From the NCBI GenBank assembly GCA_002352465.1, contig DEIN01000014.1, positions 4,429 through 68,428 of the forward strand: a DNA stretch of 64,000 nt, written 5' to 3'. This DNA is from Patescibacteria group bacterium UBA2773. GTDB lineage: Bacteria > Patescibacteriota > Minisyncoccia > Moranbacterales > DUUL01. This document shows positions 28,131 to 38,672 of this stretch, piece after piece. The notes beneath the pieces were generated by a model. It was not told where the DNA came from. It worked only from the letters and a program-made list of their open reading frames with translations, and ran no database searches. Numbering within the stretch: the first letter of the stretch is position 1; every line of letters begins with the position of its first letter. Position numbers and translations under genes: made by a program.

Positions 28131-28703
28131 TTAAATATCATAAACTTTATATTCAGTTTCTTTTAATAAGACTAATTCTTGACCTTCATTGTTTTTCAAT
28201 TTTTCTAAAATTTTCTCATCCACAGGAGCGTAAATTTCCGATTGATAATGCGTAATTAAATTGATTGGAATAATTCCCAAACCTTTGTGTCTTTTACTGT
28301 AATCTTGATCGTAAAAATTCTCCACTAAAAATAAAGCACCGGCTGAAGAGCCAGAAACAGTTTTCTCCTTTAAACTATTTTTAAATTCAAGATAATTATC
28401 CATAACGCCCAAAAGCAACAAAGTATTTCCGCCTCGAAAATGAACCGCCTCCGCCCATTCAAGCTGACTCCTAAAATCTTTTTTATTCGCTAATTCAAAT
28501 TTCAAATCAGATCGTCCTGTATTATCAATAAAATTCTTTTTAACCCACTTATATTCCTCCTCCCAACGACTCTCTTCAATCGAGAAAAGACAAACCAAAA
28601 TTTTTGGATTTTTTGACAAATCTTTCAAAACTTCCCGATGAAATTTTTTATTATTTTCGTTTCGAATACTTGTCATCCCACCATGCAAAATAAATTTGGT
28701 CAT
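28131..28703 (-). CDS. Peptidase S51 (PepE/cyanophycinase-like) family protein, paralog 2
   Basis: Motifs FRGGNTLLLL, GSSAGA and a His near the C-terminus match the S51 Ser-His-Glu pattern. Confidence 0.5.
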   Translation of the reverse strand: MTKFILHGGMTSIRNENNKKFHREVLKDLSKNPKILVCLFSIEESRWEEEYKWVKKNFIDNTGRSDLKFELANKKDFRSQLEWAEAVHFRGGNTLLLLGVMDNYLEFKNSLKEKTVSGSSAGALFLVENFYDQDYSKRHKGLGIIPINLITHYQSEIYAPVDEKILEKLKNNEGQELVLLKETEYKVYDI

Positions 28704-29263
28704 AATTGAATATTAATTATTTTATATTCACCTTCTTTTAATAAAATTAATTTACCTGGATAATCATCAAGAATTTTGATTTCTCCTGCTTTGTCTCCTT
28801 CATAATGACAATTAGTCTTAATTGGCAAAATTCCCAATCCCTCATAAATGATTCCTCGACTAACCGAAAAAGAATAATTAGCTAAAAAATAAACTCCAGC
28901 TGAAGATCCTGCTACTAGATTCTTTTTCAAAAGTTCTTCTTTAAAATTAGGATATTTTTTAATTTGGTTCAAAAGCGAATAAGTGTCTCCTCCTCGAAAA
29001 TAAACTCCATCCGCCCACTTCAGCTCATCAATAAAATTTTCCTTACTAGCAATTTTCAAGTCTATCTCCTTTTCTCCTGACAATTCTTGAAAATATTCTT
29101 TATAAACTAAATGTTTTTCCAAAACCAGCTCGTCCTCCACGGCAAAATAAACCAGTAAGACTTTGGCTTTTGCTGGTAAATTTTTAATAAATTCTCTAAA
29201 AAATTTATCATGCTTTTCATTGCGTTGCGTTTCTCCTCCACCATGCAAAATAAATTTGGTCAT
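28700..29263 (-). CDS. Peptidase S51 (PepE-like) family protein, paralog 1
   Basis: FRGGDTYSLL and AGSSAGV motifs. The first 9 codons plus about 20 nt upstream are identical to the adjacent paralog. Confidence 0.5.
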   Translation of the reverse strand: MTKFILHGGGETQRNEKHDKFFREFIKNLPAKAKVLLVYFAVEDELVLEKHLVYKEYFQELSGEKEIDLKIASKENFIDELKWADGVYFRGGDTYSLLNQIKKYPNFKEELLKKNLVAGSSAGVYFLANYSFSVSRGIIYEGLGILPIKTNCHYEGDKAGEIKILDDYPGKLILLKEGEYKIINIQL

Positions 29264-29279
29264 AATTGAAAAATAAAAC

Positions 29280-30539
29280 TTATTGTATTGGCGTCAGTGT
29301 TTGATCAGGAACAGAAGTTGGGATTGAAGCTGGAATTTGATTTTGAAAACGTGGAACTTGAATATTATTATTTTGATTTTTTTCCAAAACCACCGTGACA
29401 GTATCGCACGCTAAACCAGCTAAATGTTCACTCCAATTACCAGAACCTCCATAATAATCATAACTATAACTACCATATTTATTTTCCGTCAAAGTCTCAT
29501 CCGACGTCAAAGAAAAATTAGCACAAAGCTCAAATTTACCTTCCCGAATTGTTCCTGAGGTTTTTGAAGCTGTAATCACCCTGTAGGTATAAGCCAGCTT
29601 GGTTTCTGGATCTTTTTTGTTAACACAATATGAATAACTAGAATTTTTTTGAAGTTCCTCCAAGGAAGCTGGTAATTTATTGAAATCCTCGGCATAATTT
29701 TCTATACAATTAGCCAAACTCGAAAGATCTTTGACCCTTTGACTATCAAAACCTCGTTTTCTTTCAGTTGCAGAAGATCCTCCAGCAAAAAATCCCAAAA
29801 TAATTCCGACAATAACAATCCCCGAAACCACCAAGCCAAAATATTTAAAAACATTCGACGAAGCCAAACTTCGATATTGAATTTGCTTTCGTTCCAGAAA
29901 ATAAAAACCAAAAATAATTCCTGAAATCACAAAGATAATCAACGCTTTCAAGAAAAATCTAGCACTCAATTCTCCTTGCAAAAAAGTAAAAACTGTCGCA
30001 ATCAAATCCCCAATAATCGTGATTGAAACCACCAGCAAAACCAAATATGTCAACCATTTAGTCAATCTTGTTTCAGTCTTTCCTTCGTCCCTAGAAAAAC
30101 TTCGAAACCATAAACACATTGAAACATAATAAATCGGAAAAGCAATAATCAAAGCGGCAATTGAATAATGGATGGCATCCGTCGACATTTTATTGGAGTA
30201 AGAACTGTAAGAACCAATAGCGAGAGCATCCGGAAAATACTTATTGATAATTTGATAAAAAAGCGTGCCCAAAGCAGTCGCGACAATTCCTAAAAGAACA
30301 AAGGAAAATAAATTAAGCACAATTTCAACTGTCGATGATTTTTTGCCGAAAGTTGATTGCATTGCGTCGCTAGGAACAGGCGTTCCCAATTCAATCAGTG
30401 CCTTACTATAAACAGCATCAATTTGACTGTCAGACCAACCGACTGCCGACAATTGTTCTTTAATTTGAGTTTTGGTTGCACCCGTTTTAATCAACTTAAT
30501 TACATACTCCGAAAAAGAATCTTTCTCTAACTTTTCCAT
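29280..30539 (-). CDS. Hypothetical polytopic membrane protein with a soluble N-terminal domain and a C-terminal extracytoplasmic domain
   Basis: 419 aa with about 7 TM segments; first gene of a five-gene minus-strand operon. Confidence 0.35.
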   Translation of the reverse strand: MEKLEKDSFSEYVIKLIKTGATKTQIKEQLSAVGWSDSQIDAVYSKALIELGTPVPSDAMQSTFGKKSSTVEIVLNLFSFVLLGIVATALGTLFYQIINKYFPDALAIGSYSSYSNKMSTDAIHYSIAALIIAFPIYYVSMCLWFRSFSRDEGKTETRLTKWLTYLVLLVVSITIIGDLIATVFTFLQGELSARFFLKALIIFVISGIIFGFYFLERKQIQYRSLASSNVFKYFGLVVSGIVIVGIILGFFAGGSSATERKRGFDSQRVKDLSSLANCIENYAEDFNKLPASLEELQKNSSYSYCVNKKDPETKLAYTYRVITASKTSGTIREGKFELCANFSLTSDETLTENKYGSYSYDYYGGSGNWSEHLAGLACDTVTVVLEKNQNNNIQVPRFQNQIPASIPTSVPDQTLTPIQ

Positions 30540-30690
30540 ATTTTTGTATTATTAATTATTTACCTCAATTATATCGCAAAAATAGATTTTGAAAATCCCA
30601 AAAATTTTAATAGCGACAAAACCTATCTTTTATGCTATAATATTGCAAAATAGATTAACAGTTCCATTAAATAGAAAGGAGGTGTTTTTT

Positions 30691-30897
30691 ATGAATAATC
30701 TAAACTCGTTTGATTGGATTGCCATTCTTTTATTGACAATCGGAGGTTTGAATTGGGGTTTAGTAGAAGCTTTCAATTTTGATTTAGTTGCTACTATTTT
30801 CGGTGATATATCCGCTTTATCAAGGATTGTTTATACTATTGTTGGTATTTCAGCTATCTACGTTTTGACTCTCTCGATGAAACTCAAAAAAAATTGA
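30691..30897 (+). CDS. DUF378-family small membrane protein
   Basis: GGLNWGLVEAFNFDLV...IVGISAIY. I chose the ATG at 30691, which is preceded by AGGAGG; the track ORF starts earlier at 30589. Confidence 0.55.
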   Translation: MNNLNSFDWIAILLLTIGGLNWGLVEAFNFDLVATIFGDISALSRIVYTIVGISAIYVLTLSMKLKKN

Positions 30898-30908
30898 ATT
30901 TCAAAACC

Positions 30909-30948
30909 CAAAAAAGACAGTCCTCCTCTCCAAGACTGTCTTTTTATT
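30909..30948 (+). terminator. Rho-independent terminator
   Basis: AAAAAAGACAGTCCTCCTCTCCAAGACTGTCTTTTTATTT (8-bp stem). Confidence 0.65.
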
Positions 30949-30966
30949 TATATAAATTACGCAAAA

Positions 30967-31009
30967 CAAAAAGGCGGATAACTTTCGAAGCTTTCCGCCC
31001 TTTTTATGT
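30967..31009 (-). terminator. Rho-independent terminator for gene 31021-32427 (bidirectional shape)
   Basis: Stem GGCGGA...TCCGCC with T-runs on both strands. Confidence 0.55.
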
Positions 31010-31020
31010 TTTACATATTA

Positions 31021-32427
31021 TTAAAAAAAATATTTCAATCCAACAAAAAATGCATTGGCTTGAGAATATTTTCCCCAAAAAGATTTCTGGGAACCATCGA
31101 CCAGTTGAACTCCAAATTCAATTTCAAAATCATCCTGAAAATAGATTATTTTTGGTCGAACAAAATAATCACCTTTTGAGATTCCTTGAATTCCTTCAAT
31201 CTCAATTTTCCAAGGACTTCCGGCTCCTTTTTCATAAGAAATCCGAGTCAAAACTGAATTCCTTAGATCTCTCCGGAAATCAGTGACTTTCAAAATTGAT
31301 TTGTCTTTTGAAATAATTTCTTCATTAGTATATTGGATTAACATACTCAAAATATCAGTAAGCTGCAAGAGTCCTTCGAATTCTCTCCTGATTCCCACTA
31401 CATACTGAATAAAATCATCACCCTTTTCTTGCTCATAATGTCCCAACTCTCCTTTGAGAATATAGCCACCGACTTCTCCAATCGCCGACAGCGAATAAAC
31501 TTTTTCTTCTGAATATCGGAGCTCCGATGTAGCTCCGTTCATCAGTCCATAAGGATTATAACTAACTCCATCATAAAATGAAGCTGTCCAGTCGACCCCC
31601 TGCCAATTTAATCCAGCTCTCAATGCATACTGCACTTGATTTTCATCAATTATTTCCCGAGCAGAAACGCCTTGAGGCAAATCCTCTTGCCATCTTCCTT
31701 TCGGCAGTTTTGAAGCCGTAAATTTCGGAACCATGACTACTTCAAAAAAATAATCATCAACATCAAATCTCCAATCTATAGCCGGAATTCCGACTCTCTT
31801 CCAATCTGCGATTGAAACCCAATCTCGAGCCGACAGATTGTCCATCGGTGAAATTGTATCAGCCACGGACCAATCAAAAATTTGCTTCCCAATCCTCAGG
31901 CTTACTCTTTCACCATTCCAGCAAAAATAACCTTCTTCCAAATCAGCTAACCATCGTTCATTTTTCTCAGTAAAACGATTGATTGTTCCCGTTGAATAAC
32001 TCTCCGTATCAAAACTGAAAACACCTTTCAAAAAAACTGAAATTGAATCATTAAAAATTACTTCAGCCTCTGGCTTAATTTCAATTTCCAGAAAACCTTG
32101 CTTGCTTTTTTCAGATTTCTCTTCATAAAAAATCGCTTTGGTCTCAATCATCAAGTCAAGACTTAAATCGGCAATCAATGATTTCTCTATCTTTTTTTTA
32201 TCTACAATTAAAGTAGACTCTAAATTTTCAACTTTTTTTCCAGGATCTTGAGGATAGCCAGAATGGTCAACCCGTATGTCCTCTTTTAGTTGTTCTTTAC
32301 GAGCTTCTAGACCAGCTAAATCAATCGACGACAAATAATTAACACTCGGTTTTTTCTGTTCAAAAGCACAACTGCTCAAAAAACAAAAAAATAACCCAGT
32401 TAATATCAATCTAATTATTTTTTCCAT
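31021..32427 (-). CDS. Large lipoprotein, possible outer-membrane beta-barrel (DUF1302-like, tentative)
   Basis: Signal peptide with a lipobox (FLSSC). Alternating hydrophobic pattern and a C-terminal ...GLKYFF ending in Phe. Confidence 0.4.
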   Translation of the reverse strand: MEKIIRLILTGLFFCFLSSCAFEQKKPSVNYLSSIDLAGLEARKEQLKEDIRVDHSGYPQDPGKKVENLESTLIVDKKKIEKSLIADLSLDLMIETKAIFYEEKSEKSKQGFLEIEIKPEAEVIFNDSISVFLKGVFSFDTESYSTGTINRFTEKNERWLADLEEGYFCWNGERVSLRIGKQIFDWSVADTISPMDNLSARDWVSIADWKRVGIPAIDWRFDVDDYFFEVVMVPKFTASKLPKGRWQEDLPQGVSAREIIDENQVQYALRAGLNWQGVDWTASFYDGVSYNPYGLMNGATSELRYSEEKVYSLSAIGEVGGYILKGELGHYEQEKGDDFIQYVVGIRREFEGLLQLTDILSMLIQYTNEEIISKDKSILKVTDFRRDLRNSVLTRISYEKGAGSPWKIEIEGIQGISKGDYFVRPKIIYFQDDFEIEFGVQLVDGSQKSFWGKYSQANAFFVGLKYFF

Positions 32428-32453
32428 CCTGTCCTCCTTCGTAACTTTTTCAT

Positions 32454-33239
32454 CTACTGAAAGAATTTTTTAGTAAATACCCAAGCTGGAATTTTTACAT
32501 TAGCTTCTCTCTTTACGACCTGAAAATAGGTTGTTCTTTTGAGAAACTTATTTATAATTTTGACTGAATTCGGCCTCCAGGCCTTTCCGTAAAATTGAAA
32601 ATCTTTATTAATTTGAATTTTTTCAACTCGACCTGAATTCCAATACTCAATCTCCAAATAAGCCAAAGTTTCCTTCGAAATCTTAATAATTCTTTTCTCA
32701 TAAACAACCTCTTCTAGATTTTTTGGCAAACTTTCAACTATCCATTGTTTCAAATCTTCTCCGATAATCCGATACTTATAATCAGTAATAGTTTCTCCAG
32801 ATAATTCCTTTGTGTCTTTATAAGTAAAGTCAGTATTAACAAATGGTTTTTCAGGAAAATCAGCTACTGGTCTATCCTTACTCCACCTTCTCAATTTGAG
32901 ACGAATCTCAGAACTCTTAAGATCTCTTAAAATCTGCAATTTGGTTCCTTTGATTCTTTTTGGAGACTTCAATTCAATAGAAACGCCATCATTATTGGCG
33001 TCAAACCTCATCCAACGAATTAAAGATTTTTCTTCTTTAGAACCTTTATCGGACTCAACAATTATTCTAGCCGTTTCTATCTCAGTTCCAATTGATCTAA
33101 ATCGGTCCCAACTCTCCTCCACAATTTCTAAGACTGGTCGGGAAATCTCGGATTGTCCTTGAAAGACTAATCCCAAAACAATAAAAAATACGACATTAAT
33201 CTGACAAATAATTTTTAACATAGTAATCTCCTTTGACAA
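32454..33239 (-). CDS. LolA-like outer-membrane lipoprotein-sorting protein (tentative)
   Basis: 261 aa with a signal peptide. This family is commonly encoded next to MMPL/RND transporters. Confidence 0.4.
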   Translation of the reverse strand: MSKEITMLKIICQINVVFFIVLGLVFQGQSEISRPVLEIVEESWDRFRSIGTEIETARIIVESDKGSKEEKSLIRWMRFDANNDGVSIELKSPKRIKGTKLQILRDLKSSEIRLKLRRWSKDRPVADFPEKPFVNTDFTYKDTKELSGETITDYKYRIIGEDLKQWIVESLPKNLEEVVYEKRIIKISKETLAYLEIEYWNSGRVEKIQINKDFQFYGKAWRPNSVKIINKFLKRTTYFQVVKREANVKIPAWVFTKKFFQ

Positions 33240-33249
33240 ATCTAATTAA

Positions 33250-33280
33250 GGATGAGTCTGGTGTTTTTGCCAGACTCATC
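33250..33280. promoter_or_regulatory. Intercistronic hairpin with a perfect 11-bp stem
   Basis: GATGAGTCTGG-tgtttttg-CCAGACTCATC lies between the MMPL stop and the start of the LolA-like gene. Confidence 0.4.
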
Positions 33281-33312
33281 TCATTCTTAAGTTTATTGAT
33301 TTTTTATCGCTT

Positions 33313-35814
33313 CTAGTTTTGATGAAGATTTATTTCGTCAACACATCCATAAAGAAGCCCAGCCATCATAACCAAGGCTCCAAATCCACAAGTAAACATC
33401 ATAAAAACCATCATCATCCCAGTTAATTTAATTGGGTAAAAGCTAGAAAACATTAAAAAGGAAAAAACAAAAGCGTTATTGACAATATCGGCTACATTGA
33501 CTTTTCCCTTTTCAACAAGTGCTTCATAAAGTGCTCCTTCAAAAGTTGCCCCTCGCTTCAGTGCTTCAATAAAAACACCAATAAAATGCAAGTTAAAATC
33601 AATAGACGCACTAATGGACAGTGGCCCGATACATCCCATAGATTGATCCAACGGGATTCCGCTTATAGCCATAAAATAAACTATACTAGAACAGGCGAAA
33701 GCATATGGAACTCCCATTACAGCTCCTGTTCTACCCCCAGCCAATCGATAATGTTGCTTTTCAGTATCTCCTCCTTTACCCATACAATATACCCATCCTC
33801 CGGCCATAAAAGCTATGAGGAAATAAGAGCTTACTACGTTGATAGGTTGATTTCTCTGTATTTTTTTGTCTGACTGGTGATATTCGTGCAATCGACCATA
33901 AGGTAGACAAACCAAAGGATCAAGATTAAAATCAGATAACTGCAACCTTTCAACAAAAACTTTTTGATAAAGATTAGGACTAACTATTCCAATAACTTCT
34001 TCCGCTTGTCTTTCTATATTATTAGAATTCGCAGCTGGGATAAAAACATTTAAAGCGATGCCTTCATCACAAAAATTATTTTTCTGCACTAAATAACTCT
34101 GATCCGTTTCAATCAAGAAAAAAATATCTTCAGCCTCCTCCCTAGTTCGAGGAAGATCGACTCCCCATTCTACTCTAGAAATATATACAACAGAAGAAAT
34201 TACCGAAAACGCTTCTCTTACCCCTTCTATTTTAAGAATCTGCTTTTTAGCTTGATAGCATCTTCTTAAAAATTCTGGATCATAAATGTCGCCTTTAATG
34301 AAAAAAGTCAAATTACCAAACCCACATCTTCCTGACTGATTCAAAAATTGACTAGATACTTCGCCACTAGTTCCTTTCATATAACTCGTAGGATTTGTTC
34401 CTAAGTTTATATAAGGTTCTTCTTTTAACTCAGGATTGACATACGCCCAATAATCATGAACTACAATAAAAAGTGCACCTCCAATATACAATACATTAAA
34501 AACAATTATGATCCACATTGTTTTTCGAGAAGAAAAACGAGTCAACAACCAATAGCAACCCTTGATAACCCAAACTGAAAAACGATTTCCTTTCTGAACT
34601 AAATAGCCAGGATCTTTCTCAATAACTTCCCCACCCCAAAGCATATGCAGAGTTGGAATAATAATTCTGGTTATCAATAAAAGATAAAATATTCCCAAAG
34701 ATGCCAAAATCCCAAATTCAGCCAACCCTCTAACGCCGTTTCCAAGCAATGTCAAAAAACCAAAAATGGAAATTGCACTGACTATATCAAGATTACTATT
34801 AAATTTTTTAGTAGCACTCCAGCTTTCGCTAGAAGTTAATTTCGGAAAAAGTCTTCTATGGTCATTATAGGCTTCAAATTTTCGAGTAGAAAATGAGATT
34901 CCATTAATAATCATACAACTATCAACCAAAAGTATGTAAACCCGCTCCTTTATGGGACTACCAAAAAGCTCAAAACCGCAAAGATACAAAATACCGATAC
35001 TCCCTCTAACGATAATGAATCCTGATAATATAGCCACATAACATAATATGGTTTGTTTGTGAGATCCATTTAAAGAATAAGCAACCGGATACAAAAATAC
35101 CAATGCTGTTACCGAACATAAAAGGATCGACGTTTTCAAAATAGCCGTTAAAATTCTCCGAAAAATTCCCCACCCTCGAAGTATAACTCCTTCAAATTCA
35201 TTAACAGGCTTTATGTCATTTTTAATAGTTCTCCATTTCCAATCTGGAATTTTTTGCTTTTCCAGAAAATTTGCCATTTTATTTCCCAATTCAATTTCAT
35301 CATAATCAGAATCAAGATCAATAATTATTTGAAAATAATCAAAATTTCTCCCTACAAAAAGTCCAAATGATCCAGGGTCTTTTTCAATTTCTTTTTTCCA
35401 ATTTTCAATGTCAAAATCAGGAGAATTAAGTTCTTCTTCATTAACGTGAGGAATCCCCAACTTTTTTGATTTAGAGTATTGAGGAACAATTGCCAAACTA
35501 GTGACGCCATATTTTGGAAACTCCCTTTTAACTTTACCACTAATTTCCAAAAGATCTCTAAGCTTTTCTTTAGTCACTCCTTTGGGTAAAGGAATTACTA
35601 ATCCAATTTTATCCCCTCCCTGAAAACCAGTTGTTTTTATCAAACCTCTAACTACCAGAGCTGCTCGGGAATAAAAATCATTTTTGGTAAGATTGCTGTT
35701 GGCCACCATATCCCCTTCTGGGCCATATTGAATTGCCAATAAATAAATTACTAAAAAAGCAAAAAAGCAAAATGCGATTTTTTTTTTGCTAAGTCTCCAC
35801 TTGACAATATCCAT
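33313..35814 (-). CDS. MMPL/RND-superfamily transporter
   Basis: About 830 aa with the 1+5 / 1+5 TM topology and two large extracytoplasmic loops. I chose the ATG at 35814 (RBS GGGGAGA) over the TTG at 35844. Confidence 0.65.
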   Translation of the reverse strand: MDIVKWRLSKKKIAFCFFAFLVIYLLAIQYGPEGDMVANSNLTKNDFYSRAALVVRGLIKTTGFQGGDKIGLVIPLPKGVTKEKLRDLLEISGKVKREFPKYGVTSLAIVPQYSKSKKLGIPHVNEEELNSPDFDIENWKKEIEKDPGSFGLFVGRNFDYFQIIIDLDSDYDEIELGNKMANFLEKQKIPDWKWRTIKNDIKPVNEFEGVILRGWGIFRRILTAILKTSILLCSVTALVFLYPVAYSLNGSHKQTILCYVAILSGFIIVRGSIGILYLCGFELFGSPIKERVYILLVDSCMIINGISFSTRKFEAYNDHRRLFPKLTSSESWSATKKFNSNLDIVSAISIFGFLTLLGNGVRGLAEFGILASLGIFYLLLITRIIIPTLHMLWGGEVIEKDPGYLVQKGNRFSVWVIKGCYWLLTRFSSRKTMWIIIVFNVLYIGGALFIVVHDYWAYVNPELKEEPYINLGTNPTSYMKGTSGEVSSQFLNQSGRCGFGNLTFFIKGDIYDPEFLRRCYQAKKQILKIEGVREAFSVISSVVYISRVEWGVDLPRTREEAEDIFFLIETDQSYLVQKNNFCDEGIALNVFIPAANSNNIERQAEEVIGIVSPNLYQKVFVERLQLSDFNLDPLVCLPYGRLHEYHQSDKKIQRNQPINVVSSYFLIAFMAGGWVYCMGKGGDTEKQHYRLAGGRTGAVMGVPYAFACSSIVYFMAISGIPLDQSMGCIGPLSISASIDFNLHFIGVFIEALKRGATFEGALYEALVEKGKVNVADIVNNAFVFSFLMFSSFYPIKLTGMMMVFMMFTCGFGALVMMAGLLYGCVDEINLHQN

Positions 35815-36092
35815 AAGAATCTCCCCTTTTAAGTTTATATGCAATTATCTTTTATTCTTTAATTCTTTAATTTTCAAGGTTCTATAAAAAAACAAAAGCA
35901 GCCTACAATGACTAACTTTTTTGTTTTGAGGGAATAATCCCTTTTACATCGAGAAAAAATAATCTTAAATTTTCCAACAGATGGAACTCTATTTATTATT
36001 TTTTCTTACTATATTTATACACTATTTTCACAAGTTTGTAAAGGTTTGTGATGTGAAAAACAGAAGACAGAATACTTTTAATTAAAAATAAT

Positions 36093-38315
36093 TTAAGATT
36101 TTCTTGGTGATTTAAACTCTTTTTTTAATTCTACAAAAAATTGACTACCTTTTCCAACCCCCTCAGATTTAGCAAAAATTCTGCCGTCATGAGCATCAAC
36201 AATTTTCTTGCAAACATATAAGCCCAATCCAATTCCTTCAGTATTTAAACTACTGCTACCTTCTCCTCTTCTGAATTTATCAAATACATATTTAGCTTCG
36301 TCTTTTTCCATACCCTTTCCAGAATCAGATACAATCACTCGAATTTTATTACCAGCAAGCTCTATTTTAACTTCAATCCCGCCTTTTTGAGTATATTTAA
36401 CAGCATTATCAATTAGATTAGAAATTACTTCATGCATCTTGCTCCTATCAAAAACAAAAAGTGGAATTTTCTTATCCGATTTAATATATTTAATTTTTAA
36501 GCCTTGGTTCTCTGCCTCTAAACCAAAGTTATCAACTATATTTTTAACCATTTCAACAATATTATTTTTTTCAAAAGCAAAAGTAAAAGTCCCCGATTCG
36601 ATTCGAGACAAACTTAAAAGATCATTCACTAATTTAATAAGCCTTTCATTAGAAATAAAAATTTTCTTCAAAGCTTCATCAACATCTTTATTAATCTTCC
36701 CATAATCCCCATCTCTTATCAAAGAAATATAACCCTTAATTGAAGTTAACGGAGTTCTTAACTGATGAGAAGCGATGGAAATAAACTCATTCTTGGCCGA
36801 ATCCAAACGCTTAAGACTTCCATAAGCAACTGAAAGCTTTCTATTAGTAGAAGTTAAGTCGTCGTTAGCTTGCTTTACTTCTTTGGTGGCTTTTTTGACC
36901 GCTCTTTTCAAACGCACATTAAATGCTTTGACCTCAGAATAAAGTTGAGCATTCTCAATTGCCACCGCAGCTTGGCTAGCAATAATTTCTAAAACTTCCA
37001 AATCTTCATTATTATAGGCTTCTTCTGTTTCTTTATTGCCAAGAGCCAAAAGACCAATTACATTATTTTTAACTTTCAAAGGAATCAATAACGCCACTCC
37101 CAAAGAATCCAAAATATCAATCAAATTCTTAGTTTTTTCACTAACGTAAATATTTTTGATTTCTTCCGTGATAACTATTTGATTTTTATCAATAAAATTC
37201 TCTTCTATTACTAAATTTTTATCAAAAATATCCCCCTCCCTTGCGTTAAAACCTTTGTTGTAAAGCAATTCATATTTTTTAATATTTTCATTATAGGCCA
37301 AGACTCCAAAAGCCTTTGCATGTAAATTTTTAGAAAAAGTAGAATTTAAAAATTCATAAACCTTTTCTATGTTTAGAACAGTTTTCAGCTCATTGCTAGT
37401 TTTTAAAATTAATTTCTGACCATCATACAAAGAAGTAAAAAAATATTTATTAGCAAGTCTAAATAGTCTATTTTTAATAGAAGGAAAGATCGCTCCGATA
37501 AAGAAAATTATCATCAAATCCATCCAAAAAACAAACTCCGCAAAATATTTATTAGCAATAATTTTTAAAATTGAAGCTAAAGTGAAAACAACCCCGAAAG
37601 AAAGAAGATAAACAGAAGATTTTCTGAGCACAAATTTAATATCAAGCAATCGATATGTCACTATTGTATAAGAAAAAATTCCCAAGAAACCAATAATAAA
37701 AACGAATCCAAAAGGATAAAATTCAAAACCATAATTAACAATAAAATCAACAGCTGATAAAATATATAAAATTAAAGCCCACAAAATAAACTTGAGTTGA
37801 TGAAAGCGAATTCCTTTTTTTTTATTTTTAGTTTCATTGTAAGTCAACCAAAAAACTCTAAAAGTCAAAAGAATCAAAAAAACTAAAAACCAAGGATGCA
37901 AAAAACCAGCCTTAGGATAATATCCCCAAAAATAATCATAATAATTATTTATAAAAAAATTTGAAAAAATTAAAAAGCCTATAAAAACAAAAGTTACCAG
38001 ATAAGCTAAATTCAAAATTATCTTTTCTCCTTGATTTTTTACTTCTAAAAAAGATATATAGAAATGATAGAAAGTAACAGGAATAAATGAAATACCTACC
38101 CAACCGGTTTTGATTAAAATCTTCGATAAAAAATCGTGATTATCAGAAAAGAGTAAAAACCAACTAAATTGCCAAATAAAAGTCGCGATACACATCAAGA
38201 AAAAAGTAGCATTAACTGAAGATTGTCTATTTTTAAAATAAATAAATAAACCTAAAGAAAGAAATAAAATTGATGTTATAAAGGGTGGAATACTATAAAT
38301 ATTAAATAAACTCAT
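36093..38315 (-). CDS. Sensor histidine kinase (polytopic N-terminal sensor, GAF-like region, HisKA, HATPase)
   Basis: H-box ISIASHQLRTPLTSIKGY, followed by N, G1 and G2 boxes. About 8 N-terminal TM segments. No response regulator is adjacent. Confidence 0.75.
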   Translation of the reverse strand: MSLFNIYSIPPFITSILFLSLGLFIYFKNRQSSVNATFFLMCIATFIWQFSWFLLFSDNHDFLSKILIKTGWVGISFIPVTFYHFYISFLEVKNQGEKIILNLAYLVTFVFIGFLIFSNFFINNYYDYFWGYYPKAGFLHPWFLVFLILLTFRVFWLTYNETKNKKKGIRFHQLKFILWALILYILSAVDFIVNYGFEFYPFGFVFIIGFLGIFSYTIVTYRLLDIKFVLRKSSVYLLSFGVVFTLASILKIIANKYFAEFVFWMDLMIIFFIGAIFPSIKNRLFRLANKYFFTSLYDGQKLILKTSNELKTVLNIEKVYEFLNSTFSKNLHAKAFGVLAYNENIKKYELLYNKGFNAREGDIFDKNLVIEENFIDKNQIVITEEIKNIYVSEKTKNLIDILDSLGVALLIPLKVKNNVIGLLALGNKETEEAYNNEDLEVLEIIASQAAVAIENAQLYSEVKAFNVRLKRAVKKATKEVKQANDDLTSTNRKLSVAYGSLKRLDSAKNEFISIASHQLRTPLTSIKGYISLIRDGDYGKINKDVDEALKKIFISNERLIKLVNDLLSLSRIESGTFTFAFEKNNIVEMVKNIVDNFGLEAENQGLKIKYIKSDKKIPLFVFDRSKMHEVISNLIDNAVKYTQKGGIEVKIELAGNKIRVIVSDSGKGMEKDEAKYVFDKFRRGEGSSSLNTEGIGLGLYVCKKIVDAHDGRIFAKSEGVGKGSQFFVELKKEFKSPRKS

Positions 38316-38355
38316 TTATTTTCATTTTGATTAAAATCTCTACTAATATATTAAA

Positions 38356-38389
38356 TTAAAAAAGGACTTGTTGCAATGCAACAAGCCCT
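38356..38389 (-). terminator. Rho-independent terminator after the ACP-like gene
   Basis: Minus strand: GGGCTTGTTGCATTGCAACAAGTCCTTTTTT (9-bp palindromic stem). Confidence 0.6.
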
Positions 38390-38414
38390 TCTCTCTCTTT
38401 TCTGTCAACAAGCG

Positions 38415-38666
38415 CTACCGTTGAGCTATTAACTTCCTAACAGACTCCGTTATTGACCTCACCGTTAACTCTTTAAGATTAAAATCTTCCATGTTTATTT
38501 CAATCTTAAAAATATCCTCCAATCTCATTGAAAATTCAACAAGATTAAGCGAATCAAAACCCAGATCATTAATCAAATGATTTTCCAGCTTGATTTCACT
38601 TAACTTTAAATTGTCGACGAGTTCAACGATGGCGTTTTTAACTTTTTGATCTATGTTCATCTTCAT
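38415..38666 (-). CDS. Acyl carrier protein-like
   Basis: DLGFDSL phosphopantetheine-attachment motif; 83 aa. Confidence 0.55.
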   Translation of the reverse strand: MKMNIDQKVKNAIVELVDNLKLSEIKLENHLINDLGFDSLNLVEFSMRLEDIFKIEINMEDFNLKELTVRSITESVRKLIAQR

Positions 38667-38672
38667 GCCTCC

